A stretch of DNA of 64,000 nt from Chrysomallon squamiferum (lineage: Eukaryota; Animalia; Mollusca): the NCBI GenBank assembly GCA_012295275.1, contig CM022672.1, forward strand, positions 10,726,001 to 10,790,000, read 5' to 3'. The notes below the pieces were generated by a model. That model searched no databases. It was not told the DNA's origin and saw nothing but the letters and a program-made list of their open reading frames with translations. The translations under genes and the position numbers were made by a program. This document shows, in pieces, positions 1 through 15,539 of the stretch (positions are counted from its first letter, which is position 1; each line of letters starts with the position of its first letter).

Positions 1-797
1 ATATGTATGTATGTATATATATATATATACATATATACATACATATATAGATATATATATATATATATTTGCAGTTTGTTTATTTAAGTATATTCAGTAA
101 TTATAATTTGCAGCAGTAACAGAAGTAGTAGTAATAATAATAATAAAACATTAAAAGGGCAGGCACTCTTAATTCATAATTAAATTCTAATTAACAAATA
201 TGTGTGTCCTTTTAATTCTTCTTTTATTCTTTTATTCATTTAAAATATACAGATAGACTGATAGATAGACATAATTATCAAAGTAGTTATTCAGTTTTAT
301 TATAATAAAATATTTTTTCCAAGAGATAATAATGTGTGGGTGTGGGTGTGTGGGTATATATATACCTGTGTAGAAACTTTTATATAATGTTTTTATCTTT
401 ATAATGTTTATAATTATGTTTATTTCTGATGATAAATAAATAAATGAAACATTATGGATATATTTAAAGTATTATAATTATACCGTCCATGTTAATTCAT
501 TTTATGTTTGTTTTTTCTATTTATTTCTTACAAACAAACAATGAATGAAACATTATGGACAAATATAAATTTATATACTTACTTTTCTTGATTCTTTTCA
601 TGTTTTTATAAATTATAAATCTATGTTTTTCTGTTTATTTCTGATAATGAATACATGAACTGCACTCATATAGTTTGTCTCAGACAATTTAGCTTGTGTT
701 TGTTTTTCTACTTTGGTAAATTTCTGACTGGAAGTACTCAGACTTATTTGTAATCCTCAGTGAATTAGAGATGTTTGTGAACTGTAAACTCATCTTG

Positions 798-839
<42 letters not shown>

Positions 840-2750
840 CACAGATATGCAAAGACACATACATGTATACAAATATGCACACACACACATACACCCAAAC
901 ATACATATATACACCACAAACATACAGGGACATACCAACACACAGACACACACACACCCTCATACACACATAAACACATGCATACATACATACATGTGTG
1001 TGTGTGTGTGTTAACTGGAAATATCTCCATGTCTTCTTTAAAATTAATTTTTTATTTTCATTTTTAAATTTAGTAGTCATTTAGAAAATCAAATTAGTTT
1101 GAAACATTTTTTAATTAAAGTAACCATAAATTTCTTAAATTAAATATTTAAGGAAATGAAAAATGTCAAAAAAAAAAAAAAGAATTAATATTACGTAAAG
1201 CCACATAGAAAAATATTCTAAACTATCTCAGCTTTCAATTTTAGCGTTTTATTGATGTAAATGCCAAAATAATCAAGATAAATTTCAGTAGTTAATTCAA
1301 CTGTTTTCAAACATGGTGAAATGGATTAATTTTGGTTTTGAAGATCTTAAACAAGTGAAGATCTTCAAAAAGACATTAATGTGTAGATAAATCTGTTCAG
1401 AGTAGATTGTCAACAAAATATTAATGTTTAGACTAGACTGTCAACAAAACACTAATGTGTAAATAAATTTGTTTAGACTAGACTGTCAGATCTCATAAAT
1501 AACCAGAGTATGTCTATAAACTTCACACAACACTACATGCATTCTGACTGTCACCAAATTTATTTTAACACATTTTTTATATATATATATATATTTGGTG
1601 GGACAGTTTGTAACTCACTGGTATATGCTGTCCTGAAGTTTAGCTGGTTAAATGATCAAACCTGTTTGTTGTTCATATTAAGCAGTTTCATATTTGATCC
1701 AGTGTTTCATAGCTTTTTATCAAAGGAAATAATATTTGTTTTACTGCCTATGGGACGGTGCACAGAAAAGATGACTTTCTGCTAATAAGAACCATGAGTT
1801 CATTGTATAGGTTTACTCTCTTCTTATCTCTTATCTTTAATGTCATGAACAATACCACATAACCAAAGAATTAAAAAATATATATATATTTCAACTGAAT
1901 CATTAATTCTAAATACTTTATCATATGCATACCTGGATTCAAGGAAAATTTTAAAATGAATAAAAAGTCTTTTTCATAACCATCTGAGTATTGTAATGGT
2001 TACAATACCTACTTTTTAATGTGATTATACATGCATTTTCATAATGCTGATTGCTTATGATTATATTTAAAATTCTCAATAACTAATTTGTTTTAAAGAG
2101 AAATAAACTGATAAGTTAACATTGATAAAGATTATTTTCATTTTAAATTGATTTAATAAGTAAAAATAAACAATGTCATTGATGAAAATAAAGAAAGTAT
2201 TTATGCATAGATATTAAATTACATGTCAGTTATTTTTATTTTATTTTTGTTTAAATTTTCATTTTAATTTAATTTAAAATTTTGATTTACTTTATATTGT
2301 TTTGTTTTATTTTATTTATTTATTTTTTTTTTTTTTTTTTTGAATTTTATTGTTTTTGGTTTGTTTTATATTTTATTTTGTTTTGTATTATTTATTTTAG
2401 TTTAGTTTAATTTAGTTTAGTTAATTTAGTTTTATTATTATTTTATTTTATTCTGTTTTATTTTATTATTTTTGTTTGTTTGTTTTATTTACATTTATTT
2501 TAATGTGTTTTCTTTTAATTTTGTTATATTTCATTTTCATTTTCATTTCATTTATACCATATTTCATTTAATATTATTTTTATTTCATTGCTGAGCAAAA
2601 TGAACACATTTCATAACTGAAGTTCTAAGACATTTTGTTACATGCATTACATTCTGCCCACAACAAATCTTAAATTAATTAACCTAATCAAAACTGAAAA
2701 TAATCTAAAATTCTCTTTCCTTCATATATATATATATATTTACAGATACA

Positions 2751-2930
2751 CATATACATATATATACATACATATATATATAAATTGTTAGAAATCATAA
2801 ATAAAATATTTTGTTATCCTGAAACAACTTATATTACATATACACATATACATATATATACATACATATATATATAAATTGTTAGAAATCATAAATAAAA
2901 TATTTTGTTATCCTGAAACAACTTATATTA
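2751..2930. repeat. 94-bp direct duplication
   Basis: taaattgttagaaatcataaataaaatattttgttatcctgaaacaacttatatta occurs at 2781 and 2875. Confidence 0.85.
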
Positions 2931-3841
2931 TAGACTACCAGATTAACAAAAAAAATTAAACAATAAAAATTCTAACACCAAACTTACCTTCAACCAAACG
3001 AAACCAGCATTCACTTTCAAGTATATAATCTTATTGATTTTGCTAATATTGTCCATGGAGATGCATTTATAGAAATGAATGAATAATTAATGCTGTGGTT
3101 TACTGTGTGGAACACAAATTTTCTGGAACGTTCAAAGAATGAGAGGAAGAAAAGAGAAAATCTCTTCAGCGTTCATGTTGGACTGTTCACTTAACTGTGA
3201 GTTTTCAGCAAAATCTTCTTAATGATGTATTTACTGTAATCTTTGTAGAAGTGTGTGTCTGTCTGTATGTATGTATGTGTGTGTGTATATCTATATATCT
3301 ATATATAAATGCATGTATGTATGTATGTGTGTGTGTGTGTATATCTATATATCTATATATAAATGCATGTATGTATGTATGCATACACAGATAATTGTGT
3401 GTATGTTTGCGTGTGTGTGTGTGTGTGTGTATTAGTGGATAGATGAGTATATACTATAATGTATGTAGTTTAGGATTTTGAATGTTCTCTGTCTTATGTA
3501 TGTCTGATTGGACTCTGCACACAGACAGTATTTGGGAACGCACTGACACAGGAGGAAAAAGTCCAATCAACCTCACAAACACTGTCAGATGCCACTGATG
3601 AGATTCAGACATATGACACCCATTCACTCGCAAACCATGTATGTATGTATGTATGTATGTATGTATGGATGTATAATTGTATGTATGTATGTATGGATGT
3701 ATGTATGTTTGTTTGTATGTATATTTGTGTGTATGTTTGTGTTTGTGTGTGTGTGTGTGTGTCAATGGATATATACAAGTGTGTATGTATATATGTTTAT
3801 ATATATACATGTATGTATGTGTGTGTGGGGGGGGTGTGTAT

Positions 3842-3884
<43 letters not shown>

Positions 3885-5484
3885 TGTGGGTGGGTGGGTG
3901 TGTTTCAGAAATTTACACTTAAGTACATTCAGTCTCTTTGCTGATTTCTAATTTTAGTATTGATTTCCAGCGTTTAAATTTCACTGTTATGTCTACCCTG
4001 ATCTCCAGTGTCTGTTATTTGATATTCTAAAGAGAAAACCTTCCTGGCATTAGCTGGGAACAAAAACTTGGACAAAAAATGTAAATCTGTGACAGGTAGA
4101 AACAGACAAATAACCATCAAGTGTTTGTCTGGAATAAGAATGTAGCTGTATGTTTATTCTCTACAGTATTTGCATAATCCTGCAGCATTACCATACAACA
4201 GTTTTCACTTGAAAACAAAAAGTATTTTTAGCAAAACCGTTTTGTTTGAATTGAGATTTGACACAATTGTGTGAAGCTCTGAGGAAATATAAGAGTTTAT
4301 TTTAACCAGCTGGATCAGAGTTATGCTGACATGGCTTAAAAAAAAAAAAACAGTTTCAAAATAAAAGGGGTGGTTTGTGTTGATGATCATTCTTATTTTT
4401 ATTTATTTATTTATTTATTTATTTTTTTTTTTTTTTTTTTTTTAGGGGGTATTTTCTTTTAATTTATCTTCTTATTTGATTTTTTAATTGTTATTTATTT
4501 ACTGTAATTTTTTATTTATATATTTTATTTTATTATTGTTATTGTTATTATTGTTTTCTTTCTTTCTTTATTTATTTTTAATTTGTGTGTGTATTTAAAA
4601 AAATTTAAATTCAGTTTTATTTTACTTATCGTTTTAATCTCATTTCGTTTTATTTTCGTTCTTTTAATTCTTTCTATTTCATTATATTTTTAATAACCAT
4701 TCCTATTACATATTTTGAAGACACAAGCCACTACACATTACATTCTTTATTACAGAAAAACAGAAAAATACTAAAAGTTTACTAACAAAAACACTCGGAG
4801 ACAAAAAAACAGTAAAACAACACATAAAACTAATGCTTCACATTCAAACCTTTATTCTTAAGACACAATAAATATCACCCATCAAATGCATGTGCTATGA
4901 TTTATCTAACAGTGAATAACCTTGTCAAAGATGCTGTAAGACCCAAGTAACTAATTGGTGTTAATATCAATTTATCACTGCCGATGACGTAACATAGATT
5001 TATTGAACTGATGGATTCACAGACAAACTGCGTCGCTTCAGGCAGCACCATTTTGAGTGTGACAGTCGGTGGCCGATGAAACGACTGATTCACAAATGTT
5101 GCCGACGTTTCTGTAAAAGAACATTGTCGTGTTAATGGAGTTTGTTATTATTTTTAGATTTTATTTTCATATATTTATTATGACTTTTTATATTTTTTGA
5201 TTTTGACTTTAGATTTAAGATTTTATTTTGGTTTTGATTTTTATATTAAATTTAGTTTATATATATTTTTTTAAATTTGTGGAGAAAAACTTTTTAGATT
5301 TTATACTTATTTTGATTTTAGATTTGACTTTCTGGCAGTTTTATTTTATATCTATTTTTTTTATTAAATTATTTCATTTAATTTCTATTTTAAATTTATT
5401 CTATTATATTTTTTTAAATATTATAATAATTTTATGTTATTTTATGTTTACTTTTGATTATTTTTTTTTTATTATATCCATACT

Positions 5485-5519
<35 letters not shown>

Positions 5520-7106
5520 CTATACATTTGAGAAATGTTTGATTCATAAATAATATAGTTTACTTACAACAAAATACATAAGATTTATTTTGCTATTTTT
5601 TCCAGGTTTTTAGAGGATATGTTTTCATATTAATATTTTTTTAAATTTTATTTCCATAATTATTTATAGAATCCTTATTCTTATTATTTTTTAAAATAAT
5701 TTTTTTTAATGTGGATTTTATTCATTTTATTTTTAATTTTTTGAAATTCTGTGTGTGTGTGTGTGTATTATCATGCTAAATCATACAAAGACTGAGTCAA
5801 AGAGCCAGCCAAGAAAATAATTAAATTATCTATTTATAAAAGTCCAAGACAACAGGTCTGTATGTAGCAAATTACATTAAATAAAAACTAATAATAACTT
5901 TTATTAACAGAAACAAAATACATTTACTAAAACAGATTTTGTTATGATGCTGGGTCAGATAAAATAGCAATGTTTCTAGAGAAGAGAAACCAAACTGGAA
6001 ACATTTGAGAAAATATTATTTTTTCTTTGTAAGCAGTGTATTGTATTTTTGTGTCATTTTGGAGAACAAATATTAATATTTGGTGCATGAGTCGAATAAA
6101 TTAAAATTAGCTTTTCCTATTTAAGATTTTACTTTCCAGCTTTAATATATTTTATTTGTCTAATATATATATATATATATATACTAAAAATCACTGTGGT
6201 GAAAAACACAGAACCCTCAACCCCAAAATCTGCCTTATATTTTTAACTTTTGTTGTCATTTCTTTGAAATGGATTTTCTTGAGTCATTGGATCAATTATT
6301 CATATAGAACTATCTTCAATTTTTTCCTCATGGACTTTCTTGGTGTTTTGAATCCACATGGATTTTCTTGATGTTTTGAATCCATATGGACTTTGTTGTT
6401 CCAAGGGATCATTCACCCAAAAGGACATTCTTTAAGCATTTGGTCTTTTTGAACCATAAGACCAAGAATCCTCAATTTTATAAATATCCAGTTCCAATTA
6501 AAGCTCCAAATATTGTTTTCGTCAAGGAATATGACATCCTGTTTTCACACAAACACACACACACACAAAACACAAACAGATACAAACACATAAAGACCAC
6601 AAATGACACTTTCAAACACACAAACACTTTCTCACAATAACATATGAAACATATCATTATCTTTAGATCACATAAAAATTTTTAAAAAAATAAAAATCTT
6701 ACGACACTGCTAGCAAAAACTGATCCCATAAACACACTACACTTCCTCCAACTAACCAGCAGTCCAAACCACTTGTTCATAAAACTGTTTGCCAAATCGG
6801 ACAAATAAATAAATAAATAAATAAATAACGCATCTGCTAATTAAATACCAAGGCTCATTAAGTGGCTGTTTTCACTGTAAGAGAAAGAAGAGAAAGATTC
6901 TGGATGCAGTTTAAGACAGAGACCACCTCTGACAGTTACAGCAGCAGATACAATAAACCAGTGCAGTATTATGTCACAGTGTGTATACTGTTACACAACA
7001 CTTCATGAATTATTAATGAAAGTCCAGATTTCACGACTGGTTCAATAACAGTGAGGGATTGATATACAGACCTTTATAGTGCTTCTGTCTGTCTGTCTGT
7101 ATATAA

Positions 7107-7146
<40 letters not shown>

Positions 7147-8137
7147 GCACATGCATGCACACATACATATAAACACATATACACATGCATGCACACACAC
7201 ACATGCATGTGTATATGTGTGTGTGCATGTTTTTGTATATATTCACAATGGCTTGTTTAATTTATTAGCCAAATGGTTTCGATGAATAAGTTGTAAAATG
7301 TGATCCATTACTGGCTTTTTATAACTATAGAATTTATTTCCTGTAATACAGCATTGTGTTTTTTCACTGGTTATAATTCTCTTATAATGTTTGAAAAATT
7401 ATTACCTGTTTTATAGAACAGTGTTGTTATTATTTTCATAATACAATATTGTTTTATTACAATAGTTGAAAATATTTACTGCTCTACAATGAAATGTTAT
7501 AAAGGTTGAAAGGATATTACTGTTAATCATTGCTGTTATTATGATTAAAAATATTTTCTGATATGCAAAACCATCTAGCAATCATCAAAATTTTTTCCTA
7601 TACCTGTGTTATTATACCTGAATAAATATTTCCAATGTTTCGATATTGTTTTTCACCTTCTTTTTTTTTTTCTTTTTTTCTTTTTTCAAAACTGTTTAAA
7701 AATATATCCAATCATGCAATATTATTCTGTTAAAAGAAATGTCCCTTTTTTTAATAACTGATTTTTTTTTATAGCAATGAATTCTTATAACTGCCAAAAA
7801 AATATTCCCATGTACAAAAAATGTATACTTTGAAAAAAAAAACCAAAGTGTCATCCATCTACTGCTTGTGTGTGACATCTGTTACTGTCACAGTAAAATG
7901 TCACACTTTGTGAATTATTACCACAAGCATGATCACAACAGTCCCCGCAATATTTCCTCTCTCATCTGTTTCTTTTTACATGATTTAATTGTTTATGCAC
8001 TGTGTGATATCAGAGCCGAACACTGGGCGATTAAAGTGACTCTGCCGTCAAATGAAAATTCAATATGGCTGTGTGTGGGAGTCCAGAGAGGACAGAAATT
8101 GTCTGGGTAAGCTCACTGGCGTAGTACAGTTCATATA

Positions 8138-8470
8138 GACTGATTTAGTGTGTATCTATCAGTTGATATATACTGGTGTAGTGTGTATCTATCAGTTGAT
8201 ATATACTGATGTAGTGTGTATCTAACAGTTGATATATACTGGTGTAGTGTGTATCTATCAGTTGATATATACTGATTTAGTGTGTATCTATCAGTTGATA
8301 TATACTGGTGTGGTGTGTATATATCAGTTGATATATACTGATGTAGTGTGTATCTATCAGTTGATATATACTGGTGTAGTGTGTATCTATCAGTTGATAT
8401 ATACTGATGTAGAGGTACGGTTGATGATACACGCTGGTGTAGTAGTACCGCTGATACATGCTGGTGTGGG
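8138..8470. repeat. 33-bp minisatellite, ~8 good copies plus a degenerate tail
   Basis: Unit tgtagtgtgtatctatcagttgatatatactgg. Confidence 0.95.
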
Positions 8471-10162
8471 ATACTCATTTACTTTACATCAGAGAAGATA
8501 ACTGTCAAGGTAATTAGTCTGCTCCTGTGTGTGTGTGTGTGTGTGTCTGTTTATTTGTTCTGTATATCTATACTGATATGCCTGTTATGCTAAAACATTA
8601 TCCATGTATATGTGTGTGCATTTGTATTATTTGTTCTATATATCTATATTGATATGCCTGTATGCTAAAAAATTATTTATATATGTGTTTGTGTCCATTT
8701 GTGTGTATGTTTCAGTTTATTCATTTTATATATTTATACAGATATGTTTCTGGTAGCTTAAATAATTATGCATACATTTTAATATATGTGTATATGTGCA
8801 TTTATCTAAACATGAATACATAAATGTGTGTATCTGTGAGTCTCTGTCTGTGTATTTGCACATGTATAAAATAATAATGCATGCATATAAATATATTTAT
8901 ATATGTATATATGTTTTTCTCTGTGTGTGGGTGTGTGAATTTATATAGATATTTCTTAATATTTATGCATTTATATTTTATGTTTAATAATTATGCATGT
9001 ACATACACATATCTAGAGCATGTGGCTATGAGTGTGTTTGTTTATTTTGTCTATATTTTTATGCAGATATGTCTGTATACCTGAATTAATTATACATAGC
9101 TATTTATATGCAAATAGCAGATTTTAATATAAACATATTTTATACAGATGTATATATATATATGCATGTGTGTGCTTATGTATGTATTTGTCTATACATA
9201 TGTCATTATGTGTGTGTGTGTGCATGTGTATCTTTGGGGATGCATTTGTGTTTGTGTTACAGCTATGTTATTCTACCTCATACATTTTGCATTTATATAT
9301 TTATGCATGTGTGTGCCTGAATATGCATGTATATATTGTTCCTGTATGTGACTGTGTGTGTGTGTGTATGTGTATTGATAGAGATGTCTATGTCTGAATG
9401 TATTGTATCTACTAATCCCTTTGGAAAATTGATTCTAAGTAAAAAAATATTGTTAAATTATGAAAAAAGTAATTTCAGAGAATAGCACACATGTGAAGAT
9501 GTGTGTATGTATGTGTGTGTGTGTGTGTGTGTAAGAATGTATATATGTGTGTGTGTGTGTGCATGAATGTATGTGTGTATATATGTTTGTGTATGTATGT
9601 ATGTTTTTATGGGTGTCTGTTTGTATGTATGTATGCAAGTGTTTATTATGTATCTATGGATGTGTTTATGAATGCTTGTGTGCATTTATGTACATATGTA
9701 TGTGTGGATGGAGATATATAAAAGCAAGTAATTTGTAGCTGTACCAAGCGAACTACCACTGAGTATACATATATGAAAGATGTATCTCACAATGTCACAC
9801 TGACCTTGTTTTTTTTGTTCACGCATCTCTTAACATGATAGAAATTTTATTTTGCTACTTTTGTTATACAGCTCTGATTTTTCAAACTTTTTCACCATCT
9901 TCCAGTATGACACTTTCAACACTAAACTCCTTTCATTTCTTTTTCTTTTCTTCTTTTTTTTTCTCTTGTACTTTTCTTTCATATCTGGATCAATCAGTGT
10001 TTGTCAGTATCTAGCTATTTCATACATTTAATCAAATATCTTGATGATGTGCTCCCAAAAAAGTTGTTAATACGTGACATTAATAGTGTCAATTAATTAA
10101 AAAAAAAATAATTTTTTTTTTTTTTTTTTTTTTTATTTTTTTTTTTCTTTTTTTTTTTTCTT

Positions 10163-10199
<37 letters not shown>

Positions 10200-10424
10200 T
10201 TTTTTTTTTTTTTTTTTCCCTACATGATGAGCTTTTCATTATCATTTTATATACATGCTCGAGACCTTTAGAAAATTCTGCTTGCTTGTAGGAGAGCTGT
10301 GTCGGTATGTTGTCTGGTTTAGAAGAAAAAAAAAATTAATTCAGTTTTTCGTGATTTTGATGCGTTTTTGACTGAACTCAGCTTAATCCACAAGTCAGGT
10401 AAACCTGTCTGTAGTCTACACTTT

Positions 10425-11020
10425 TATGTAGCACATCAAAATTTAATCTACACTTTTATTTCTGATAGTTTATGTTCGTGTTTTAGTACTATAACAGAAT
10501 TTAATCTACATGTTTATTTGTTATAGTTTTTATATGCATTTTTTAGTAGTACATCAAAATTTAATCTATACATTAATTCTTATCGATTATAATTATATTT
10601 GTTATAGTTTTTAAAATATATTTTTTAGTAAAAAATTTAATCTATATGTTTATTTCTTATCGATTATAATTATATGTGTTTTTGAAAATATATCAAAATT
10701 TAATCTACATGTTTATTTCTTATAGTTTTTATATGTATTTTACTAATACATAAAAATTTAATCTACATGTTTATTTCTCATAGTTTTTATGTGTATTTTA
10801 GTATACATAAAAATTTAATCTACATGTTTATTTCTCATAGTTTTTATGTGTATTTTAGTATACATACAAATTTAATCTACATGTTTATTTCTTAAAGTTT
10901 ATAGATGTTTTAGTAGTAGATCAAAATTTAATCTATATATATATTTTTTTTTTTTAAATTTTAAATTTTTGTTTTATATCGTTTATAGATGATTCTTAGT
11001 AATACATCAAAACTTTAGAA
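10425..11020. repeat. ~57-bp minisatellite, ~9 copies
   Basis: Recurrent aaaatttaatctacatgtttatttc(t/c)atagtttt. Confidence 0.9.
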
Positions 11021-11164
11021 TAGATTTTTAAATTTATGGTCTATAGATTTTTTTTTGGATCTAATTTGATATATGAAACCTACTTAATTATCTTAATGGC
11101 ACATAACTTAGTGTTGATGATTGTGATATTGTCTTCAGACTTGTCTTAGCCATATATCAAGCTT

Positions 11165-11292
11165 TAATCCACAGATATATTTAAGTTGTTCATCGAGTTT
11201 TAATTCACAGATATATTTAAGTTGTTCATCGAGTTTTAATTCACAGATATATTTAAGTTGTTTATCGAGTTTTAATTCACAGATATATTTAA
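11165..11292. repeat. 36-bp minisatellite, ~3.5 copies
   Basis: Unit cacagatatatttaagttgttcatcgagttttaatt. Confidence 0.95.
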
Positions 11293-11654
11293 AGGGTAAA
11301 ACATGCTTTAATTTATTTATATCCTACTGGCTTATCAAGTTTTAATCTACACATATACTAGTGGTTTATGAATTTTTAATCTCTATTAAATAATGTGTAG
11401 GCTATAAATGTGAATGAGTAAAAGAAATAGTAAATGTATGTCTATATCTATGCATGAAGGTATATATGTATGAATGGGTCTATGTATGTGTACATGTGAA
11501 TGCATGTATGTATGTATGTCCTAATGTACAAATGAATGCATCTATGTATGTATGTATTTGAGTATGTATATATGTGTTCTGTGTGTATTTGAAAATGTAT
11601 ATATGTGTGCTGTATGTATTTGAAAATGTATAAATGGATGAATGTGTAAATATA

Positions 11655-11687
<33 letters not shown>

Positions 11688-12089
11688 TAATTATATAAGC
11701 AATTAAACATATAATTATGTGTTTGTGTTTTACAAAATACAGACTGTTTCTCTTGGTATTGCTGTAAAATAACATTTACATTCCACTCCATCTGTCAGTT
11801 TTATATCAAACGTGTAAAAGTTTCTGATAAAAGGTCAACAGCATTCCTTATTTTTCTTCTGAGAAAACTTTTAAAGTGTCCAGTAACATGTTAAACCAGA
11901 TTTGCATTTTGTTTTCACTCTTCAAGTTTCACTTAATTAACATCTGTGTCAACCGATATTGTCATCTCTCACTGTAAAACTTTTTGTCTGAAATGTTCTG
12001 TATAAAATGATTTGTTTATTTCTTTCGCAATCACAGTTATTTCTGTTCAGTTCATTCATATCCAATAGTATTTTGTTTCACAACTGTAA

Positions 12090-12510
12090 ACTGTGTATCA
12101 GTCATACTGTTTGCATTCAGTGTTGTTTTCATATTGTTTGTGTCTAATAATATTTTCAGATTGTTTGTATCCAGTGATATTTCCATATTATTTGCATCCA
12201 GTGATATTTTCAAACTGCTTGTATCCAGTGATATTGTCAAATTTTTGGTATCTAGTTATATTGCCATTTGATTTGTATTCAGTGATATTTCCATATTGTT
12301 TGCATCCAGTGATATTTTCAAACTGCTTGTATCCAGTGATACTGTCATATTGCCTGTATCCAGTGATATTTTCCTGCTTGTATCCAGTGATATTATTAAT
12401 TGATGTTATTTTTCAAACTGTACTATTTGGATACAGTAATATATCTATCTTGGGATATTTCATTTAGGAAACGGTGGAAAATTTTCCTGCTGTTTGCATC
12501 CAGTGATGTT
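12090..12510. repeat. ~27-bp diverged minisatellite
   Basis: Recurrent ttg(t/c)atccagtgatatt. A related copy lies at ~18655-18700. Confidence 0.85.
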
Positions 12511-12955
12511 TTTTTGTTTAACAAAGGAGAAAATGTCCCTGTATACTCTAGGTGATTTGTTTTGTTCTCTTTTCTTTTCTTTTTAACTAATCAATTAATC
12601 AATACAAGAATGTTGTTTCACAACCAAACGAATTCAGGTACACACAGTAGCATGCAGGATTCATGAAAACAACAGTTATTACCAAAACAACTCAACCCCA
12701 CCCGACCCCACCCAACCCCACCCTTTCTTTTTATTACCCCCCCTACAAAAATTCTGCTGTAGTAAAAAAAAACAAAAAAAAAAACTTTCACAGACTTCTA
12801 AGAAGCCACTGAAAACCAGTGCAATAATCTCAAAGAAACAATAAATGACCTAAAAAAATGATAAAAAAAAAAAAAAAATTAATGTTTTTATTATACATAA
12901 AATGATTAGACTGTATTTTGGGTCATCTGCTGACAGATTTATATGTGTTTATTGG

Positions 12956-12991
<36 letters not shown>

Positions 12992-13264
12992 CTGTCCATT
13001 GTTGAGTAAGACAAACAGAGAAGCCCTGAAGGAAATACATTTTCCATTACCGAAGGATTATTTCAGTCTGTAATGGTTTCCACACAGGTGCAACAGCAAT
13101 ATTTTCCAGTTATTTATGTTTCACTTCTGTAACAGTTTGGGCATCATTAATTAAATACTGGGTTATGAGGTTTGTAAATTATTCTGTGTATGTTGATGAG
13201 ATGTAATATATGTCTGATAGTGTATTTGTGTGTGTTTAAGTAAGCATATGTTTGTGTATGTCTA

Positions 13265-13305
<41 letters not shown>

Positions 13306-13899
13306 TTTCATTTCTGCATATCCTGTTCTTGAAGCTCTTGAAGCAAAAAAAAAAAATATATATATATATCATTTAAAAACATTAATTCATTATTGAATAA
13401 TTCATGTAACGTATTATTGATATAAAGAATAATATTAAAAAGAAATTTTCTCATTTATTTAAAAACAGATGATAATGGCCTTCTAAATGTCAAACAATGA
13501 TTTATTGCTTTCAAAACTAAACAGTCTTAAAATGTTAGAATGTCTTTTTTTTTTAATCTTTTTATATACTTTGTTCTTTTTTCTTGTTCATTATGACAGA
13601 GCTGAAAACCATTATTAATGTGAAAAGCATTGTTAGCTAAAATGGATAGTATTAATGGCTTACAAAAGTTATTTCTGAAAACAGATAAATATTGTGTTTT
13701 AAGAGTATGTTTTTTTTTTTGCTGATATTGAAAACAAATTAACAAATTTCAAATCATCAGTCTTTATTATATATTATCACAGAGGCCTGGAATGAATGGG
13801 GAAAAAAATTGAATTTAAAACTATCTATTCTTTATAGTATGTGACTAATTTCATATCTCTGTATACTAATTTTAGCATCAATAATATCATAGATATCAC

Positions 13900-14270
13900 A
13901 TATACAATTCCCTTGATATCTCAAAATCCTGCATACAATGTCTCTGTATCCTATATAGAGAGTCCTGGACCTATCTGTATCCTGTGTGCAGAGTTCTTGA
14001 TATGTTCATGTTCTCTACAGAGTACCCTTGGTACTTCTCTGCCCTTGTTATGTTTGTACCCTGGAAACACTTTCTTTCATTTCTGCATATCCTGTTCTTG
14101 AAGCTCTTGAAGCAAAAAAAAAATATATATATGTATCCTGCATACACTGTCTTTGATATCTATATATCCTGTGTTTGGTGTCCTTGATATGTTTATATCC
14201 TGCAGCCAGTGTCTTTCAATATCTACATATCCTGTATTTGGTGTCCTTGATATCCTGCGTAGATCATCCC
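13900..14270. repeat. Degenerate minisatellite
   Basis: Recurrent tatcctg and cttgatat words. Confidence 0.6.
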
Positions 14271-14482
14271 AGTGAATGCCCTGTCAGAAGAGTGATACTG
14301 AAATTGCTAGTTTTATGTGTTGTGCACACAGAAACATGTTTTAGTGACTATGCATAATTTATTATGAGTATTATAGTGCATGAAAGCAGTGTACTAAATC
14401 CAGGGTCATTCACCTTGATTGTGAATCATTGTTTACAGGTGTGTATATCTTTCCAAGTAAATCTGGTAAAAAAATAGGATAA

Positions 14483-14515
<33 letters not shown>

Positions 14516-14685
14516 CATTTAAAAACCCTTTTATCTATATCAGTATATGTGTCTATTTTTATACACTACACTCAAAACAAATATAAATATAGACATATAG
14601 ATAAATGTTTTTAAAAAATTATGTCAAATTAGATAGTGTATGTGTGTGTGTGTGTGTTTGAATGTTTGTGTGTGTATATATGTTT

Positions 14686-14734
<49 letters not shown>

Positions 14735-15539
14735 TACAAATATATATATATATGCAGTTATATGTGTATGGCTGTATGTATATATTACTGATAAATGATA
14801 TATGAAAACATTTTTGGCTTTGCATTTTGTAATGTATTAGTGAACAGAGAAATTAAACCTAGGATATTAATGACTGTTGACTTTCCAAAGTACATGCAGT
14901 GTTATAAATTACACAGTTATTTATTAATGTTGACAATACATAAAGAACCATAACTCTGGACGAAATCTGTCTGTAAAGTATCAGTCAAAAGTGATATTAA
15001 TTATATATATATATATAGAGAGAGCCTCTAAAACATCTGACAACAGATTAACTTTCACTGATATGTGTACATACATACATACATACATACATACATACAT
15101 ACACACATACATCCACACACACACACATACATACATACATATGTACACACACATACATACATACATACATGCATACATACATGCATACATACATACATAA
15201 AATTAATGTTCATACATATACATTTATATATATACATATATAATAGAAATACAGGCACAAAACTAATTTAAAAAAAACAAAAAAAAACACTACATGATGA
15301 TCACTGTTAATGTAAAAGCAAGGGACATTTTTAAATGAACTTTTTCGCAGATACACAAATATATCAACAAAGTCTTTGAAGTGGAAGGCAAGGGGGAAAT
15401 AGCTCACTCTCAGGACTTGAACCCATAACCCACAGAGCCTTAGGCACCTATATTTTTATCAATATGCAACAGCCCACAGTATTAACTGAGCAAGACAATA
15501 ATAGTATTAGTCATTATGTGAGGAAATTAATGTGTTAAT

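Noticed and set aside
8131-8501. ORFs with 11-aa repeats (LHQYISTDRYT)n
   Set aside because: A by-product of the 33-bp minisatellite, which is open in several frames on both strands.
15405-15440. Minus-strand B-box-like GGTTCAAGTCC (possible tRNA)
   Set aside because: No cloverleaf or A-box can be built. At most it is a decayed tRNA-derived SINE head.
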